DNA from: Candidatus Limnocylindria bacterium
GTDB taxonomy: Bacteria; Chloroflexota; Limnocylindria; QHBO01
Direction of reading: 5' to 3'
Length of the DNA: 64,000 nt
Assembly (NCBI GenBank): GCA_035700865.1
Contig: DASSOH010000024.1
Span: forward strand, 18,201-82,200
Position 1 is the first letter of the stretch, and each line of letters starts with the position of its first letter. A program made the translations under genes and the position numbers. Shown here in pieces: positions 36,380-46,439 of this stretch. The notes under the pieces were generated by a model. The model had not been told where the DNA came from. It saw only the letters and a program-made list of their open reading frames with translations, and made no database searches.

Positions 36380-37948
36380 ATGCATCGACTCGTCATCGCC
36401 GCGACCACGCTGCTCGCCCTGACCGGGGCGGTCGTCGTCGGCGCCTACCTCTTCCTCTTCGCGGCCTCGAGCGACCGGCTGGCGACCCTCGCGCCCGAGC
36501 GGACGGCGTTCTACGTCAACGTCTACCTGCAACCCTCGACCGGGCAGCAGATGAACCTGGCCGGCCTCATCGGCCGCATCCCCGGCTTCGAGGACACCTC
36601 GACGCTCGACGAGAAGATCGACCAGATCGCGGAGAACCTGCTGTCCGGATCGGGGATCGACTACCGCACCGACGTCAAGCCCTGGCTCGGCAACCAGCTG
36701 GCGATCGCCGCCTGGCCGGGCGGGGAGCAGCTCGAGGCGCAGCCGGTCCTGCTCGCCGAGGTGAAGGACCGGGCGGCCGCGGAGGCGTCGATCGCCGACG
36801 TCGCCAGCGACACCGAGTTCCGCACCGAGGCGTACGGCGGCGTCGACCTGCACCTTGCCGATGGCACGGCCTACGCGTTCGTGGACGACCGGACATTGGT
36901 GGTGGCCCCGGACGCGGCCGACCTGCAGGCGGTCGTGGACGTGGCCGGTGGCGATCCCGACCTCGCGTCGCGCACGGACTTCCGCACCACGATGGACAGC
37001 CTGCCGGCCGATCACCTGGCCTCGGTCTTCGTCGACCTGGCGGCCATCGCCGAGGCGACCGATACGGCCGAGCAGCTGGCCGCGGTGAGCACCGCCGGCG
37101 CGGCGCTGGTCGCCGAGCGCGACGGCATCCGTCTGAGCGGCAGCGCGCCGTTCGACATGCAGGACGCCGGCGCGTCCTCGAAGGCGACCTTCGCCCTCGG
37201 CACGGAGCCCTCCAGCCTGGTGGACTGGATGCCCGACGACACCGTCGCGGAGCTCGTCGTGTTCGGCCTGCGCCAGACGCTGGAGGACGCGGAAGCGGCA
37301 GTGCAGGCGACGCCGGACGGCCAGGACGTCACGAGCACCCTCGACGCGGTGCGTGCCATCGCCGCCTTCGGCCTGGGAGTCGATCTCGACAAGGACATCC
37401 TGCCGCTGCTCGACCGCGAGGTGGCGATCGCCATCAGCGGCGTCGACGGTGACCTCCCGACGGGCCAGCTGCTGCTTCGGCCGGACGATCCCGACGCGGC
37501 CGAGCAGGCGCTGGACCGCGTGGCCGACGGCCTCGCGAACCTGGCCGGCGCGACGCGCGCCGAGTCCGACGTCGACGGCGTGACCGTCTCGACGCTGGAC
37601 GTCCCCGACGTGGCCACCATCGCCTGGACCCGCGCCGAGGGCCTGCTGATCCTGGGCCTCCGTCCCGAGGACGTCGCGGCTGCCGTGCGGGCCCACGACA
37701 GCGGGGAGGCCCTCGGAGCGACGGACGCCTACCGGCGCACCTTCGAGGTCGCCGGCGCGCGCGCCGGCAACGAGGCGTGGGTGGACGTGCAGGCCGCCAT
37801 CCGGCTGCTGGGGGCCGACGCGGACCTGCCCCAGGACGCTCGCGATATCCTTGGCCAGATCGGTGCGTTCGGGTTCACCGCCCCGTCCCGGTCAGATCAG
37901 ATCGAGTTCCACGCGGTGGTGACGGTCGACGACCGCACCGCCGAATGA
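36380..37948 (+). CDS. secreted/membrane-anchored hypothetical protein (DUF3352-like)
   Basis: N-terminal TM/signal anchor then an acidic Ala/Asp-rich extracytoplasmic domain. 522 aa. Inserted between ffh and rpsP. Confidence 0.4.
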   Translation: MHRLVIAATTLLALTGAVVVGAYLFLFAASSDRLATLAPERTAFYVNVYLQPSTGQQMNLAGLIGRIPGFEDTSTLDEKIDQIAENLLSGSGIDYRTDVKPWLGNQLAIAAWPGGEQLEAQPVLLAEVKDRAAAEASIADVASDTEFRTEAYGGVDLHLADGTAYAFVDDRTLVVAPDAADLQAVVDVAGGDPDLASRTDFRTTMDSLPADHLASVFVDLAAIAEATDTAEQLAAVSTAGAALVAERDGIRLSGSAPFDMQDAGASSKATFALGTEPSSLVDWMPDDTVAELVVFGLRQTLEDAEAAVQATPDGQDVTSTLDAVRAIAAFGLGVDLDKDILPLLDREVAIAISGVDGDLPTGQLLLRPDDPDAAEQALDRVADGLANLAGATRAESDVDGVTVSTLDVPDVATIAWTRAEGLLILGLRPEDVAAAVRAHDSGEALGATDAYRRTFEVAGARAGNEAWVDVQAAIRLLGADADLPQDARDILGQIGAFGFTAPSRSDQIEFHAVVTVDDRTAE

Positions 37949-37984
37949 CCGCAGCACGACAACCATCAGAGAGGTGATCACCAC

Positions 37985-38395
37985 TTGGCAGTTCGCATTC
38001 GATTGACTCGCGTCGGCGCCACGAAGCGGCCGGCATACCGGGTCATCGCCATCGACCAGCGCCGTCCGCGCGACGGGCGCGCCCTCGAGATCCTGGGGTA
38101 CTACGACCCGTTGACCGAGCCGGCCACCGTCCACCTCGAGACGGAGAAGATCAAGGCCTGGATCGGCAAGGGCGCGCAGCCGTCCGAGACGGTCACGAAG
38201 CTCATGCGCCTGGCCGAGAAGCCGGCCGCGGACGCGGAGGGGACGGCGAAGCCGAAGCGAGCGACCCGATCGTCGAAGCCGAAGGCGTCGGCCAAGAAGG
38301 CAGAGCCAGCCGCCGAGGCCGAGCCAGCCGCCGAGGCTGAGCCAGCCGAAGCGGCGACGGAGGCGCCCGCCGAAGCGGAGCCGACCGAGGCGTGA
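37985..38395 (+). CDS. rpsP: 30S ribosomal protein S16 with Lys/Ala/Glu-rich C-terminal extension
   Basis: TTG start behind GAGAGGTGA. MAVRIRLTRVGATKRPAYRVIAIDQRRPRDGRALEILGYYDP. Confidence 0.9.
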   Translation: MAVRIRLTRVGATKRPAYRVIAIDQRRPRDGRALEILGYYDPLTEPATVHLETEKIKAWIGKGAQPSETVTKLMRLAEKPAADAEGTAKPKRATRSSKPKASAKKAEPAAEAEPAAEAEPAEAATEAPAEAEPTEA

Positions 38396-38631
38396 AGGAG
38401 TTCCTGGAGTACGTCGCCCGGTCGCTCGTCGACAAGCCGGACGCCGTCTGGGTCGAGGAGGACCGGGAGGGCGACGAGACCATCCTGACCCTGGGCGTCG
38501 ACCAGGAGGACATGGGCCGCGTCATCGGACGTGACGGCCGGATCGCCAACGCGATCCGCAGCCTGCTGCGTGTCATGGCCACCCGGGATGGGCGCCACGT
38601 CGAGCTCGAGATCGTCTCCGACGACGACTGA
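38392..38631 (+). CDS. KH-domain RNA-binding protein (YlqC/UPF0109)
   Basis: GTG overlaps the rpsP stop. GRVIGRDGRIANAIRSLL KH motif. Conserved position between rpsP and rimM. Confidence 0.85.
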   Translation: MKEFLEYVARSLVDKPDAVWVEEDREGDETILTLGVDQEDMGRVIGRDGRIANAIRSLLRVMATRDGRHVELEIVSDDD

Positions 38632-39121
38632 CCGGCTGGCCGTCGCGCGCATCATCGGCCCGAAGGGCCTGAGCGGCGCCGTGCGGCTGGAGCTGGTCAC
38701 CGACTGGCCGGAGGAGCAGATCGTCGTCGGCGCCGAGCTCTGGCTCGAGGGTGACGACAAGCCGGTGCGCGTCACCCGCGTCGAGCGCGGCGGGCGCGTC
38801 CTCGCCGTGCACCTCGATCGGCTCGGCTCGCGGGAGGCCGCCGAGGCGGTCGTTGGCCGCTACCTGGAGGCTCCGGCGGCGCCACTGCCTGCCGACACGT
38901 ACTTCTGGCATGACCTCATCGGCCTGCGCGTCGAGGACGAGCACGGCTCGGTCATCGGCGAGCTGGTCGAGATCTTCCGCGCCGGCGGCAACGAGGTGTA
39001 TCGCGTGGTCGGGCCGGAGGGCGAGCGGCTGGTGCCGGCGCTGCGCAGTGCGATCAGCCGGATCGACCTCGAGCAGGGGCGGATGGTGCTCGCCCCCGAC
39101 GACGCCGAGGAGGTCCGCTGA
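38588..39121 (+). CDS. rimM: 16S rRNA processing protein RimM
   Basis: VARIIGPKGLSGAVRL... PRC-barrel C-terminus. The ATG at 38588 overlaps the KH gene by 44 nt. The alternative start is CTG 38636, so the start is uncertain. Confidence 0.8.
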   Translation: MGATSSSRSSPTTTDRLAVARIIGPKGLSGAVRLELVTDWPEEQIVVGAELWLEGDDKPVRVTRVERGGRVLAVHLDRLGSREAAEAVVGRYLEAPAAPLPADTYFWHDLIGLRVEDEHGSVIGELVEIFRAGGNEVYRVVGPEGERLVPALRSAISRIDLEQGRMVLAPDDAEEVR

Positions 39122-39127
39122 GGGCCG

Positions 39128-39856
39128 ATGCGGATCGACGTCGTCACCCTCTTCCCCGAGCTGATCGAGCCGGCCCTCAGGACGTCGATCATCGGGCGCG
39201 CGGCGGAGAGCGGCCGGGTCGAGTTCGGCATCCACGACCTTCGTGATCACGGGTTGGGCCGGCACCGCTCCGTGGACGACTACCCGTACGGCGGGGGAGC
39301 GGGGATGGTGATGCGCCCCGAGCCGCTGTTCGCGGCCATCCAGCCGCTGCGCGACGCCGGCGCCCATGTCGTCCTCATGGACGCCGCAGGTGAACGCCTG
39401 ACCGATGCGCTGGCGCGCGAGCTCGCCGGGGTGCAGCACCTGGCGCTGGTCTGCGGCCGATACGAGGGCGTGGACGAACGCGTCCGGACGCTGGTCGATC
39501 GGGAGGTGAGCATCGGCGACTACGTCGTCACCGGCGGGGAGCTGCCGGCGCTCGTGGTGGTCGACGCGGTCGTGCGGCTGGTCCCGGGCGTGATCGCCGA
39601 GGCGTCGCACGTCGACGACTCGTACGCGTCGGGCCTGCTCGAGTATCCCCAGTACACGCGGCCGGAGACGTTCCGCGACCTGGCCGTCCCGCCGGTGCTG
39701 CTGTCCGGCAATCACGGGGAGGTCGAGCGCTGGCGCCGTCGCGAGGGGCTGCGACGCACCCTCGAGCGACGGCCCGATCTGCTCGATGGCGCCGAGCTGA
39801 GCGACGAGGACCGCCGATTCCTCGACCGCTTGCGCCGAGGGCAGGACGAGGCCTAG
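39128..39856 (+). CDS. trmD: tRNA (guanine37-N1)-methyltransferase
   Basis: [11 protein letters not shown]..., [37 protein letters not shown]. Confidence 0.92.
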   Translation: MRIDVVTLFPELIEPALRTSIIGRAAESGRVEFGIHDLRDHGLGRHRSVDDYPYGGGAGMVMRPEPLFAAIQPLRDAGAHVVLMDAAGERLTDALARELAGVQHLALVCGRYEGVDERVRTLVDREVSIGDYVVTGGELPALVVVDAVVRLVPGVIAEASHVDDSYASGLLEYPQYTRPETFRDLAVPPVLLSGNHGEVERWRRREGLRRTLERRPDLLDGAELSDEDRRFLDRLRRGQDEA

Positions 39857-39883
39857 CGCCGCCTCGCGGCCGGGTGCCGCGCT

Positions 39884-39912
39884 TGTCGGCCCGCGGAGCG
39901 TGTTGCTATACT
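39884..39912 (+). promoter_or_regulatory. candidate promoter of rplS (TTGTCG-17-TATACT)
   Basis: -35/-10 with 17-nt spacer in the trmD-rplS gap. 89 nt upstream of the rplS ATG. Confidence 0.4.
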
Positions 39913-40000
39913 TCCTCGGTCGCGGCCGCTCTGCGCGGTCGCGTTCGCATGCCACGCCAGTAAGCCGCGGGTAAGCCCGCGATAAGAGGTCGCCCCCAGG

Positions 40001-40348
40001 ATGAACGCCATCAAGGAGCTCGAGCGCGAGCAGCTCCGGACCGACGTACCGGAGATCGCCCCCGGCGATACCGTTCGCGTCTCGGTCAAGGTCGTCGAGG
40101 GCAACCGTGAGCGCGTCCAGGTCTTCGAGGGCACCGTCATGCGGATGCGTGGCGGCGGCCTCAACCACCAGATCACCGTTCGCCGCATCGCCAGCGGCGT
40201 CGGCGTCGAGCGCACGTTCATGGTCCACGCCCCCCGGATCGACAAGATCGAGGTCGTCCGTCACGGCGTCGCGCGGCGCGCGCAGCTCTACTTCCTGCGC
40301 GATCGCGTCGGCAAGTCCGCCACCCTCCGCGAGCGCCGCTCGAACTGA
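40001..40348 (+). CDS. rplS: 50S ribosomal protein L19
   Basis: [37 protein letters not shown]... Confidence 0.92.
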   Translation: MNAIKELEREQLRTDVPEIAPGDTVRVSVKVVEGNRERVQVFEGTVMRMRGGGLNHQITVRRIASGVGVERTFMVHAPRIDKIEVVRHGVARRAQLYFLRDRVGKSATLRERRSN

Positions 40349-40350
40349 CC

Positions 40351-40384
40351 CGGTGACCCGGTCCGCCTCGGCACCGGTTCACCG
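40351..40384 (+). terminator. hairpin terminator after rplS
   Basis: cggtgacccgg-(12-nt loop)-ccggttcaccg, an 11-bp stem with one mismatch, 3 nt after the rplS stop. Confidence 0.4.
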
Positions 40385-40430
40385 AACGCGTCCCGTGCGC
40401 CCCACCCGTCCCCGCGCGCGCGACGCGCAC

Positions 40431-41090
40431 ATGCGCCACGAGCGTGAGCTGCACCTGGCCGGCTTCCGTCGCGTCGCCGGGATCGACGAGGTCGGGCGCG
40501 GCTGCCTGGCCGGCCCGGTCGTGGCGGCGGCGGTCATCCTCCCCGAGCGTCACCGCATCCGGGGCCTGCGCGACTCGAAGGTGCTGGGACGCGCCCGACG
40601 TGAAGCGCTCTACGCCCAGATCCTGGATCGGGCTGAGGCGGTCGGCGTGGGCTGCGTGGAGGTCGAGACCATCGACCGCATCAACATTCTCCAGGCCACC
40701 AAGCTCGCCATGCGCGAGGCGCTCGGCCGCCTCAACCAGCCGGCCGATCACCTGCTCATCGACGCGCTGTCGCTGCGCGACGTCGAGCTGCCGCAGCGGC
40801 CCATCATCGACGGCGACGCCATCAGCGCTTCGATCGCGGCCGCCAGCATCGTCGCCAAGGTGACGCGCGACCGGATCTGCGACGAGATGGATCGTCGCTT
40901 CCCGGCGTACGGCTTCGCGCGCAACAAGGGCTACGGGACGCGGCACCACGTCGATGCGCTGCTCGGCGAGGGACCGTGCGAGTGGCATCGGCGCTCCTTC
41001 TCGCCCATCCGACAGCTCCTCGCCGGTGAGCAGCTGTCGCTGGCCCTCGACTTCACCATCGTGGACGAGGCGACGCTCGACCCCGACTGA
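40431..41090 (+). CDS. rnhB: ribonuclease HII
   Basis: VAGIDEVGRGCLAGPVVAAAVIL, DSK, catalytic DE..D residues. ATG at 40431. Confidence 0.88.
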   Translation: MRHERELHLAGFRRVAGIDEVGRGCLAGPVVAAAVILPERHRIRGLRDSKVLGRARREALYAQILDRAEAVGVGCVEVETIDRINILQATKLAMREALGRLNQPADHLLIDALSLRDVELPQRPIIDGDAISASIAAASIVAKVTRDRICDEMDRRFPAYGFARNKGYGTRHHVDALLGEGPCEWHRRSFSPIRQLLAGEQLSLALDFTIVDEATLDPD

Positions 41091-41136
41091 TCACCCCGCA
41101 CCGCCGCCCCAGCCTCGCCTCCCGCGAGGAGACCCG

Positions 41137-41508
41137 ATGTCCAATCCGCGCCACGAGCTCGGCCTGCGTGCGGAGGCGGCGGTGGCGGCATGGCTGGCGA
41201 GATGCGGCTGGCGGATCCTGGCCACGCGCCACCGCGTCCGCGGCGTGGGCGAGGTCGACCTGGTCGCCCTCGACCCGTCCGAGGTGCTCGTCGCGCTGGA
41301 GGTCCGCGCCCGGCGGTCGACGCGGACCGGGGCGGCTGCCGCCACGCTCGACGGGCGGCGGGTCGGACGCCTGGCCCGGACCCTGGCCGGCTACGCGGAG
41401 CGATCGCCGGTTCGTCACCGTGGCCTCCGCATCGACCTGGTCACGGTGGAGCCGGACACGGTGACGGGGTGGCGGATGGTCCGCCACCCCGCCGTGGGCG
41501 AGCGTTGA
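41137..41508 (+). CDS. yraN: YraN family (UPF0102) endonuclease
   Basis: ATG behind GAGGAG. GEVDLVALDPSEVLVALEVRARR. Conserved position after rnhB. Confidence 0.8.
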   Translation: MSNPRHELGLRAEAAVAAWLARCGWRILATRHRVRGVGEVDLVALDPSEVLVALEVRARRSTRTGAAAATLDGRRVGRLARTLAGYAERSPVRHRGLRIDLVTVEPDTVTGWRMVRHPAVGER

Positions 41509-41523
41509 AGCGCGCGGCGGAGG

Positions 41524-42462
41524 TCAGCCGCCGAAGAGCACCTCGAGCACGCGGATCGAGGCGATGTACGGCCGCGTGACGCCGTAGATGCCGTGCCGGT
41601 CGGTGGCGTACTGCCCCTGGTAGTACGCGGCGAGGACGAGCTCACGGTCGCCGTCGTAGCGCTGGAGGTAGTGCGCCAGCAGCCGCACGCCCGCCCGCAC
41701 GTTGTGGGTGGTGTCGTGGATGTCGACGGGCGTGCCGAGCATCGCCTCGGCGACCCACGCTCCGGTGGCCGGCATGAGCTGCATGACGCCGACCGCTCCA
41801 GCCGAGCTCACCACCTCCTGGCGCCAGCCCGACTCCTGCCAGGCGACGGCCAGCGCGAAGGCGGGTGGCACGCCGAAGCGCTGCGCCTCGGTGACGATGA
41901 GCTGCCGCATGGCGTCGCGTTCGGCGACCAGCCGAGCCATCGACGGCGGCATGGCCGGGGCAGCCGGCGCGGCCGGGGCAGCCGGCGCCGGAGTGGGGTT
42001 CGATGCCGTCGGAGCGCTGCCCGGGATGGTCAGCTGCTGCCCGCCGTAGATGCGGCTGGGATTGGTGATGGCGTTGGCCGCGACGATGGCTGACACGCTC
42101 ACGCCGTAGCGGCGGGCGATGGTCCACAGGCTCTCGCCGCGCGCGACGGTGTGGACGGTGGCCGACGCGACGGGTGCGGCCGGCGCCGCCGCCGGTGCGG
42201 GCGCGGCCGGGGCAGCCGGCGCTGGCGCCGTCATCCGCAGCCGCTGACCGACGTAGATGCGGTTCGGGTTGGCGAGGCCGTTGAGCGCGACGATGTCGGC
42301 GATCGCGACGCCCTGTCGCCGCGAGATGCCGGTCAGGGTGTCGCCATCCTGGACGACGACGACCGGATCGGCCGCCAGCGCGACGCCGACGAGGAGTGGG
42401 CCGGCCGTCAGCGCGGTGGCCAGGCCGAGAGCGGGGAAGAGCCGGGGACGGTGGGACAACAT
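41524..42462 (-). CDS. secreted peptidoglycan lytic transglycosylase with two LysM domains
   Basis: Signal peptide, two LysM repeats (DTLTGISRRQGVAIADIVALNGLANPNRIYVGQRL and ESLWTIARRYGVSVSAIVAANAITNPSRIYGGQQL), Pro/Ala linkers, C-terminal SLT domain (ESGW...GVMQLMP...AAYYQG). Confidence 0.85.
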   Translation of the reverse strand: MLSHRPRLFPALGLATALTAGPLLVGVALAADPVVVVQDGDTLTGISRRQGVAIADIVALNGLANPNRIYVGQRLRMTAPAPAAPAAPAPAAAPAAPVASATVHTVARGESLWTIARRYGVSVSAIVAANAITNPSRIYGGQQLTIPGSAPTASNPTPAPAAPAAPAAPAMPPSMARLVAERDAMRQLIVTEAQRFGVPPAFALAVAWQESGWRQEVVSSAGAVGVMQLMPATGAWVAEAMLGTPVDIHDTTHNVRAGVRLLAHYLQRYDGDRELVLAAYYQGQYATDRHGIYGVTRPYIASIRVLEVLFGG

Positions 42463-42666
42463 GGACCTCCGGTGAGCACGGCCAGGAGTCTCGAATTCGA
42501 CGAAATCTCCGGTTGCGTCGGTGGAGCGACGCGCGAGCCGATGCTAGGAGCCGTCCGGGACGGGTCAAGGTACGAGCGGGCGGCCGCATCGGTACTGGAG
42601 TACCGTCCGGTGCGGTCCGGACCGGATCGGTGGGCCGGAGCCTCCCTGGGGGGGGCGGGCGCCCTC

Positions 42667-42675
42667 TGGTATACT
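42667..42675 (+). promoter_or_regulatory. extended -10 (TGGTATACT) upstream of rpsB-tsf
   Basis: Leaves a leader of about 140 nt before rpsB. Confidence 0.35.
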
Positions 42676-42818
42676 GTCGGACGGCCCACGCCACCGCGTG
42701 GCGCCGTGTCCCCATCACACACGCCCGGCGGATCTCGCTGGCCATCGGTGCTCGCGCCTGATCGGTGCGAGTCGGCCCGAGACGCGAGGCCGGGCGGAGG
42801 AACAACCGGAGGTATCTC

Positions 42819-43769
42819 TTGGCTGCCACGACCATGAAGCAGCTGCTCGAAGCGGGCGTCCACTTCGGGCACCAGACTCGGCGCTGGAATCCGAAGATGC
42901 GCGAGTACATCTTCGCGGAGCGCAACGGGATCCACATCATCGATCTCGCGCAGACCGTCACCCGCCTGGACGATGCGCTGGAGTTCGTCCGCGAGACCGT
43001 TCGCCGGGGCGAGGGCATCCTCTTCGTCGGCACGAAGAAGCAGGCCCAGGAAGCCATCGCGGAAGCCGCGCAGCGCTCCAACCAGCACTTCGTCAACACG
43101 CGCTGGCTGGGCGGCATGCTCACCAACTTCAACACGATCAAGCGCCGGATCCAGCGCCTCGAGGCCCTGGAGGCCCGGCGCGACTCCGGCGAGTTCGAGC
43201 GCCTCACCAAGAAGGAGGCGTCGAAGCTCAACGACGAGATCACCAAGCTGGACGCGGCCCTGGGCGGCATCCGCAAGATGCGCCGCCTGCCGGGGGCGGT
43301 CTTCATCGTCGACCCGCACCGCGAGTCGATCGCGGTCGCGGAGGCCCGGCGGCTGGAGATCCCGATCGTGGCCATGACCGACACGAACTGCGACCCCGAC
43401 GTCGTCGACTGGGTCATCCCGGCCAACGACGACGCCATCCGCTCGGTCAAGCTCGTGTGCGGGCTGGTTGCCGATGCGGCGGCCGGCGCCATCGTGGAGC
43501 GGCAGGCGCGCCTGGACGAGGAGTTCGAGCAGGCCGAGGCCATGCCCCCGGTCGACGAGGCGGCCCTCACGTCGGAGGCCGATTACACCGCGGCCCTGGC
43601 CTCGGGCGAGGCGCTCGTCTTCGAGCCCGAGCCGGAGGACGACGAGGAGGAGGAGCGCCGCGCCCGCGCGCGGCGAGCCGCGCACATCGAGGAGGGCGAG
43701 CCCGAGCGCGATCCCGACCGTGAGCACGAGCGCCTCATCGACGAGCACAGCAAGGAGCCCCGCGTCTAG
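42819..43769 (+). CDS. rpsB: 30S ribosomal protein S2
   Basis: TTG start 6 nt after GGAGG gives [27 protein letters not shown]. Acidic C-terminal extension. Confidence 0.92.
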   Translation: MAATTMKQLLEAGVHFGHQTRRWNPKMREYIFAERNGIHIIDLAQTVTRLDDALEFVRETVRRGEGILFVGTKKQAQEAIAEAAQRSNQHFVNTRWLGGMLTNFNTIKRRIQRLEALEARRDSGEFERLTKKEASKLNDEITKLDAALGGIRKMRRLPGAVFIVDPHRESIAVAEARRLEIPIVAMTDTNCDPDVVDWVIPANDDAIRSVKLVCGLVADAAAGAIVERQARLDEEFEQAEAMPPVDEAALTSEADYTAALASGEALVFEPEPEDDEEEERRARARRAAHIEEGEPERDPDREHERLIDEHSKEPRV

Positions 43770-43787
43770 GCGGTGGCAGGAAGGAAC

Positions 43788-44429
43788 ATGACGAACACCC
43801 TGATGATCAAGCCCGAGGATGTGAAGCGGCTCCGGGAGCAGACCGGCGCCGGGATCATGGACTGCAAGCGTGCGCTCGAGGAATCGGGCGGCGACTACGA
43901 GAAGGCCGCCCTGTGGCTCCGCGAGAAGGGCCTGTCGACGGCTGCCAAGAAGGCCGGCCGCGCCGCGCGCGAGGGCATGATCGCCAGCTACATCCACCAC
44001 GGCGCGCGTCTCGGCGTCCTGCTGGAGCTGAACTGCGAGACCGACTTCGTGGCGCGGACCGACGACTTCCAGCAGCTGGCCCGCGACCTCGCCATGCAGA
44101 TCGCCGGCATGTCGCCGCAGTACGTCGGCCGCGACGACGTCCCGGCCGAGGTGCTCGAGGAGCAGAAGCGGCTCTTCGCCATCGACGCCGAGCGTGACGG
44201 CCGGCCGGCAGACCGAATCCCGATGATCGTCGAGGGCAAGCTCAACAAGTGGTTCGAGCAGGTGTGCCTGCTCGAGCAGCCCTACCGCGACACGGACAAG
44301 AAGATCAGCGACCTCATCACCGAGAAGGTCGCCCTGCTCGGCGAGAACATCAAGGTCGCCCGCTTCGCGCGGATGGCCGTCGGTGAGACGGCGGCCGATG
44401 CGAGCGAGCCGTCCGACGAGGGCGCCTGA
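43788..44429 (+). CDS. tsf: elongation factor Ts
   Basis: [29 protein letters not shown] (UBA-like N-terminus) and [10 protein letters not shown]. Confidence 0.92.
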   Translation: MTNTLMIKPEDVKRLREQTGAGIMDCKRALEESGGDYEKAALWLREKGLSTAAKKAGRAAREGMIASYIHHGARLGVLLELNCETDFVARTDDFQQLARDLAMQIAGMSPQYVGRDDVPAEVLEEQKRLFAIDAERDGRPADRIPMIVEGKLNKWFEQVCLLEQPYRDTDKKISDLITEKVALLGENIKVARFARMAVGETAADASEPSDEGA

Positions 44430-44433
44430 ACCG

Positions 44434-45186
44434 ATGACGGTGTCGACCACCGCGGACGCGACGGCCCAGGATCCCCGCCGGGTGCTGCTCAAGCTCTCCG
44501 GCGAGGCCCTGATGGGTGAGCACGAGTACGGGATCGATCCCGCAGTCGTGCGCGACATCGCGTCCCAGGTGGCCGACAGCGCCGGAGAGGGGATCCAGGT
44601 CGCCATCGTCGTCGGTGGCGGCAACATCTTCCGGGGGCTCGCGGCCTCCGCCCGCGGCATGGACCGCGCCACCGGCGACTACATGGGCATGCTGGCCACG
44701 GTCATGAACGGCCTCGCCATCCAGGATGCGCTCGAGCAGGCCGGCTGCCCGACCCGGGTGATGAGTGCCATCGCCATGAACGAGATCTGCGAGCCCTACA
44801 TCCGGCGCCGCGCGGTGCGGCACCTGGAGAAGGGCCGGGTGGTGGTCATGGTCGCCGGCACCGGCAACCCCTACTTCACGACCGATACGGCCGCGACCCT
44901 GCGCGCCGTGGAGGTGCATGCGCAGGTGATCCTCAAGGCCACCCGCGTCGACGGGGTGTACGATGCCGATCCGGAGACGCACCCGGAGGCGCAGCGCTTC
45001 AGCCGCATCGGCTACACGCAGCTGCTGAGCAGCCGGCTGCAGGCCCTCGATGCCACCGCCGTCAGCCTGGCCATGGACAACGAGATGCCGATCGTCGTCT
45101 TCGACATGACGGTTCCGGGCAACATCGCCAGGGCGGTCCGCGGCGAGCGGATCGGCACGCTGATCTCAGGAGAGGAGTCCCGATGA
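44434..45186 (+). CDS. pyrH: UMP kinase
   Basis: [46 protein letters not shown]. Confidence 0.92.
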   Translation: MTVSTTADATAQDPRRVLLKLSGEALMGEHEYGIDPAVVRDIASQVADSAGEGIQVAIVVGGGNIFRGLAASARGMDRATGDYMGMLATVMNGLAIQDALEQAGCPTRVMSAIAMNEICEPYIRRRAVRHLEKGRVVVMVAGTGNPYFTTDTAATLRAVEVHAQVILKATRVDGVYDADPETHPEAQRFSRIGYTQLLSSRLQALDATAVSLAMDNEMPIVVFDMTVPGNIARAVRGERIGTLISGEESR

Positions 45187-45740
45187 CGCACGAGGCGCTG
45201 ACCGCCATCGAACCCAAGATGCAGCGTGCGGTCGAGGCGATGGAGCGTGACTTCGGCGGATTCCGCACCGGCCGGGCCTCGACCGCGCTGGTCGAGCGCA
45301 TCGTGGTCGACTACTACGGCGCGCAGACCCCGCTGAACCAGCTGGCCGGCATCAGCACGCCCGACCCGCACCTCATCGTGATCCAGCCCTGGGACCGTTC
45401 GGTCCTGTCGGCCATCGAGAAGGCGATCACCAAGAGCGACATCGGCCTCGTCCCGAACGTCGACGGCACGGTGGTGCGGCTCAACGTGCCGCCGCTCACC
45501 GAGGAGCGGCGTCGCGACATGGTGAAGCAGGTGCGGCGGCGGACGGAGGAGGCCAAGATCGAGGTGCGCAACCACCGCCGGGAGGTTGCGGACCAGCTCA
45601 AGCGCGCGATGCGCGACGGCGAGCTGAGCGAGGACGACGAGCGGCGTGAGCTCGAGCAGCTGCAGAAGCTGACGGACCGCTTCATCGAGGCCATCGACTC
45701 CCGCGCCGATCGGAAGGAAGCCGAGATCCTGGAGGTCTGA
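45183..45740 (+). CDS. frr: ribosome recycling factor
   Basis: [51 protein letters not shown]. Confidence 0.92.
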   Translation: MTHEALTAIEPKMQRAVEAMERDFGGFRTGRASTALVERIVVDYYGAQTPLNQLAGISTPDPHLIVIQPWDRSVLSAIEKAITKSDIGLVPNVDGTVVRLNVPPLTEERRRDMVKQVRRRTEEAKIEVRNHRREVADQLKRAMRDGELSEDDERRELEQLQKLTDRFIEAIDSRADRKEAEILEV

Positions 45741-45742
45741 GC

Positions 45743-46435
45743 GTGCCGGAGGCGGCCGCTCCACGGCACGTCGCGATCATCGCCGACGGCAATCGTCGGT
45801 GGGCGCGGGATCGGGGACTGCCCGTCCTGGCCGGCCACGTCCAGGGCATCGAGGCCATCCGGCCGATCGTGCGCCGCGCGCGCGACCGCGGCGTCTCGAC
45901 CCTCAGCGTCTACACCTTCAGCACCGAGAACTGGTCGCGCCCCGGCGACGAGGTGACCGGCCTCTTCGGCCTCATCGACGGCGCGGTTCGGCAGTACACC
46001 GACGAGCTGATCGAGGAGGGGGTGCGGGTCCGGGTCATCGGCCGCCTGCACGAGGCGCCGGCGGACGTTCAGCGCTCCATCCGGAACGCCGAGGAGCGCA
46101 CCCAGGCCGGCGCGAGGCTCGACCTCAACATCTGCTTCAACTACTCGGGCCGGGCGGAGATCGTGGACGCCGCCCGGGAGCTCATCGCCGCGCGGGTCGA
46201 TCCGGAGTCCGTCGACGAGGCCCATTTCGCGACCCACCTGTACACGGCCGGCCAGCCGGACGTCGACCTGCTGATCCGGACCGGCGGGGACGTGCGGACC
46301 AGCAACTTCCTGATCTGGCAGGCGGCGTACGCCGAGCTGGTCTTCTGCCCCAAGTACTGGCCCGAGTTCACGCCGGAGGACTTCGACGAGGCCCTGGCCG
46401 ACTTCGCGCGCCGCGAACGGCGCTTCGGCGGCTGA
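45743..46435 (+). CDS. uppS: undecaprenyl diphosphate synthase
   Basis: HVAIIADGNRRWA, LSVYTFSTENWSRP, LLIRTGGDVRTSNFLIWQAAYAEL. Confidence 0.9.
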   Translation: MPEAAAPRHVAIIADGNRRWARDRGLPVLAGHVQGIEAIRPIVRRARDRGVSTLSVYTFSTENWSRPGDEVTGLFGLIDGAVRQYTDELIEEGVRVRVIGRLHEAPADVQRSIRNAEERTQAGARLDLNICFNYSGRAEIVDAARELIAARVDPESVDEAHFATHLYTAGQPDVDLLIRTGGDVRTSNFLIWQAAYAELVFCPKYWPEFTPEDFDEALADFARRERRFGG

Positions 46436-46439
46436 TCCG

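Noticed and set aside
38531-38587. Longer RimM N-terminus starting inside the KH gene (ORF-track start 38531)
   Set aside because: The extension (MTAGSPTRSAACCVSW...) is not RimM-like. The ATG at 38588 or the CTG at 38636 gives a conventional RimM N-terminus.
42463-42818. Possible tRNA or sRNA gene in the long rpsB upstream region
   Set aside because: No cloverleaf or T-loop (GTTCGAATCC-like) consensus was found. The region is better explained as a divergent promoter plus leader.
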